64,000 nucleotides of DNA from Octopus vulgaris (taxonomy: Eukaryota). Location: assembly GCA_951406725.2 (NCBI GenBank), contig OX597818.1, forward strand, positions 105,772,001 to 105,836,000, read 5' to 3'. The notes below the pieces were generated by a model, which searched no databases, was not told the DNA's origin, and worked only from the letters and a program-made list of their open reading frames with translations. Below, piece by piece: positions 62,819 to 64,000 of this stretch (position 1 is the stretch's first letter; each line of letters opens with the position of its first letter). Position numbers and translations under genes: made by a program.

Positions 62819-64000
62819 TACTGGTTTAGTCCTTGAGACTGAAATAGTGTTTTAAATATAGGTTTCGGACCTAAAATATATGATTTTTTTTTCTTGAATA
62901 TAAATGCAATCGTACCGGTTCTTGTGTACTTGTCATTCATCCTGGTGCTAAAAAGATTTTCCATATCCAAGTTACTACAACAGGCTCTTGTCGATGGCTC
63001 GTTATTATAGTTAGTCACTCTCGTGGTGGTTGGTAAGTGATGTATCATTATGGTTACAAAATTACTGTACTGATTTATAGATGGATTCGATGTCATCACG
63101 TTTTTCACTTTTTAACGACTAATAAATATATTCATTGGCTTCGTATGTATCTAGGCAAGAAACCGGTTGAAAGTGTAAACTCGTATTTGTCGTTCGACCA
63201 TAGAATAAAAAATCAGATATAAAATTGCCAATCGTTATTTCGTTGTCACTTTCGCGTTTAAAAAGATATACTGTATTTACAAAATTTTTCGCGATATAAC
63301 TTGAGGAACGTTTATTTTGCTAAAACTTCGTAACTCCATTTTCTAACTCCAACTTAATAAACCAAGTAACTTATATACAGTTGTAGAAAATAACAGAAGT
63401 AGCTGCGTAGTATTCTAATAATGATTTGTTAACATCAGCATAATACTATAATACTATACTCGTATAATACTATACTATACTCGTTCGATAAAATTAACTT
63501 CTGTAGGCCCTGGTATTTATTGTTATAGATCACCAAATATTGAAAGTTAAAACTGATCCCGCAATACTTGACATTTTAAAAACTGTCCCATACCTCGTGG
63601 GCAGAAAAAAATGTGAGTGGAGCACTTACACACACACACACGCACGCATATAGAAAATTTGAATTATTTTTAAAATCTGCTGGTCAAAGTGAAAAGATCC
63701 AAAAGATGTTTTATGTGACACATTCTACCAGTATACGAAGTTTAAAAGTGTTTAGGTGCCAAAAAAATTATTTTTTAAATCTGCCGGTCAAAGTGAAAAG
63801 ATCCTGATATTTTTCTGAATTTGACGACAAAAATCGCATTCATTTTTTTTCTAGAAATTAATAAAGTTACAAATTTCGTTAGCGCCATACAAAACTACAT
63901 TTAAAAAAATAAAATTATTATAATCTGACGAAAATTTGAAGTACTTTAAGTGGTTAGAAGAAATTTCACCAGATCCAAAAAGAGTAATTCCTCCACCACT

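Overview
AT-rich, repeat-dense eukaryotic genomic DNA, most likely an octopus (coleoid cephalopod). That call rests on my recollection of its tRNA-derived SINE families, (GAT)n-tailed RTE LINE ends and dense (TA)n/(CA)n/(TG)n microsatellites, not on a search. Most of the window is decayed transposons: RTE and CR1/Jockey LINEs, Penelope-like elements (Naiad-type RT + GIY-YIG), Helitron pieces, and mariner, hAT, MULE and piggyBac MITEs. Most ORFs in the supplied track are microsatellite or antisense artefacts. Non-repeat signals: (i) a CRE-rich promoter and candidate first exon at ~12.85-13.57 kb ending ATGCCAGAG|GTAAGT; (ii) a second candidate first exon at ~57.8-58.2 kb; (iii) one intact, GC-richer 171-aa ORF on the minus strand (39523-40038). 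That ORF has a histone-H3-tail-like N-terminus (PRIKTTVRK), four exact-period 21-aa repeats and a candidate 3'-UTR intron, and is the best novelty candidate. Also notable are several small inverted-repeat elements carrying hammerhead-ribozyme remnants and two local templated insertions. No rRNA, intact tRNA or CRISPR array was seen. All family assignments are by eye; boundaries of decayed elements are approximate.
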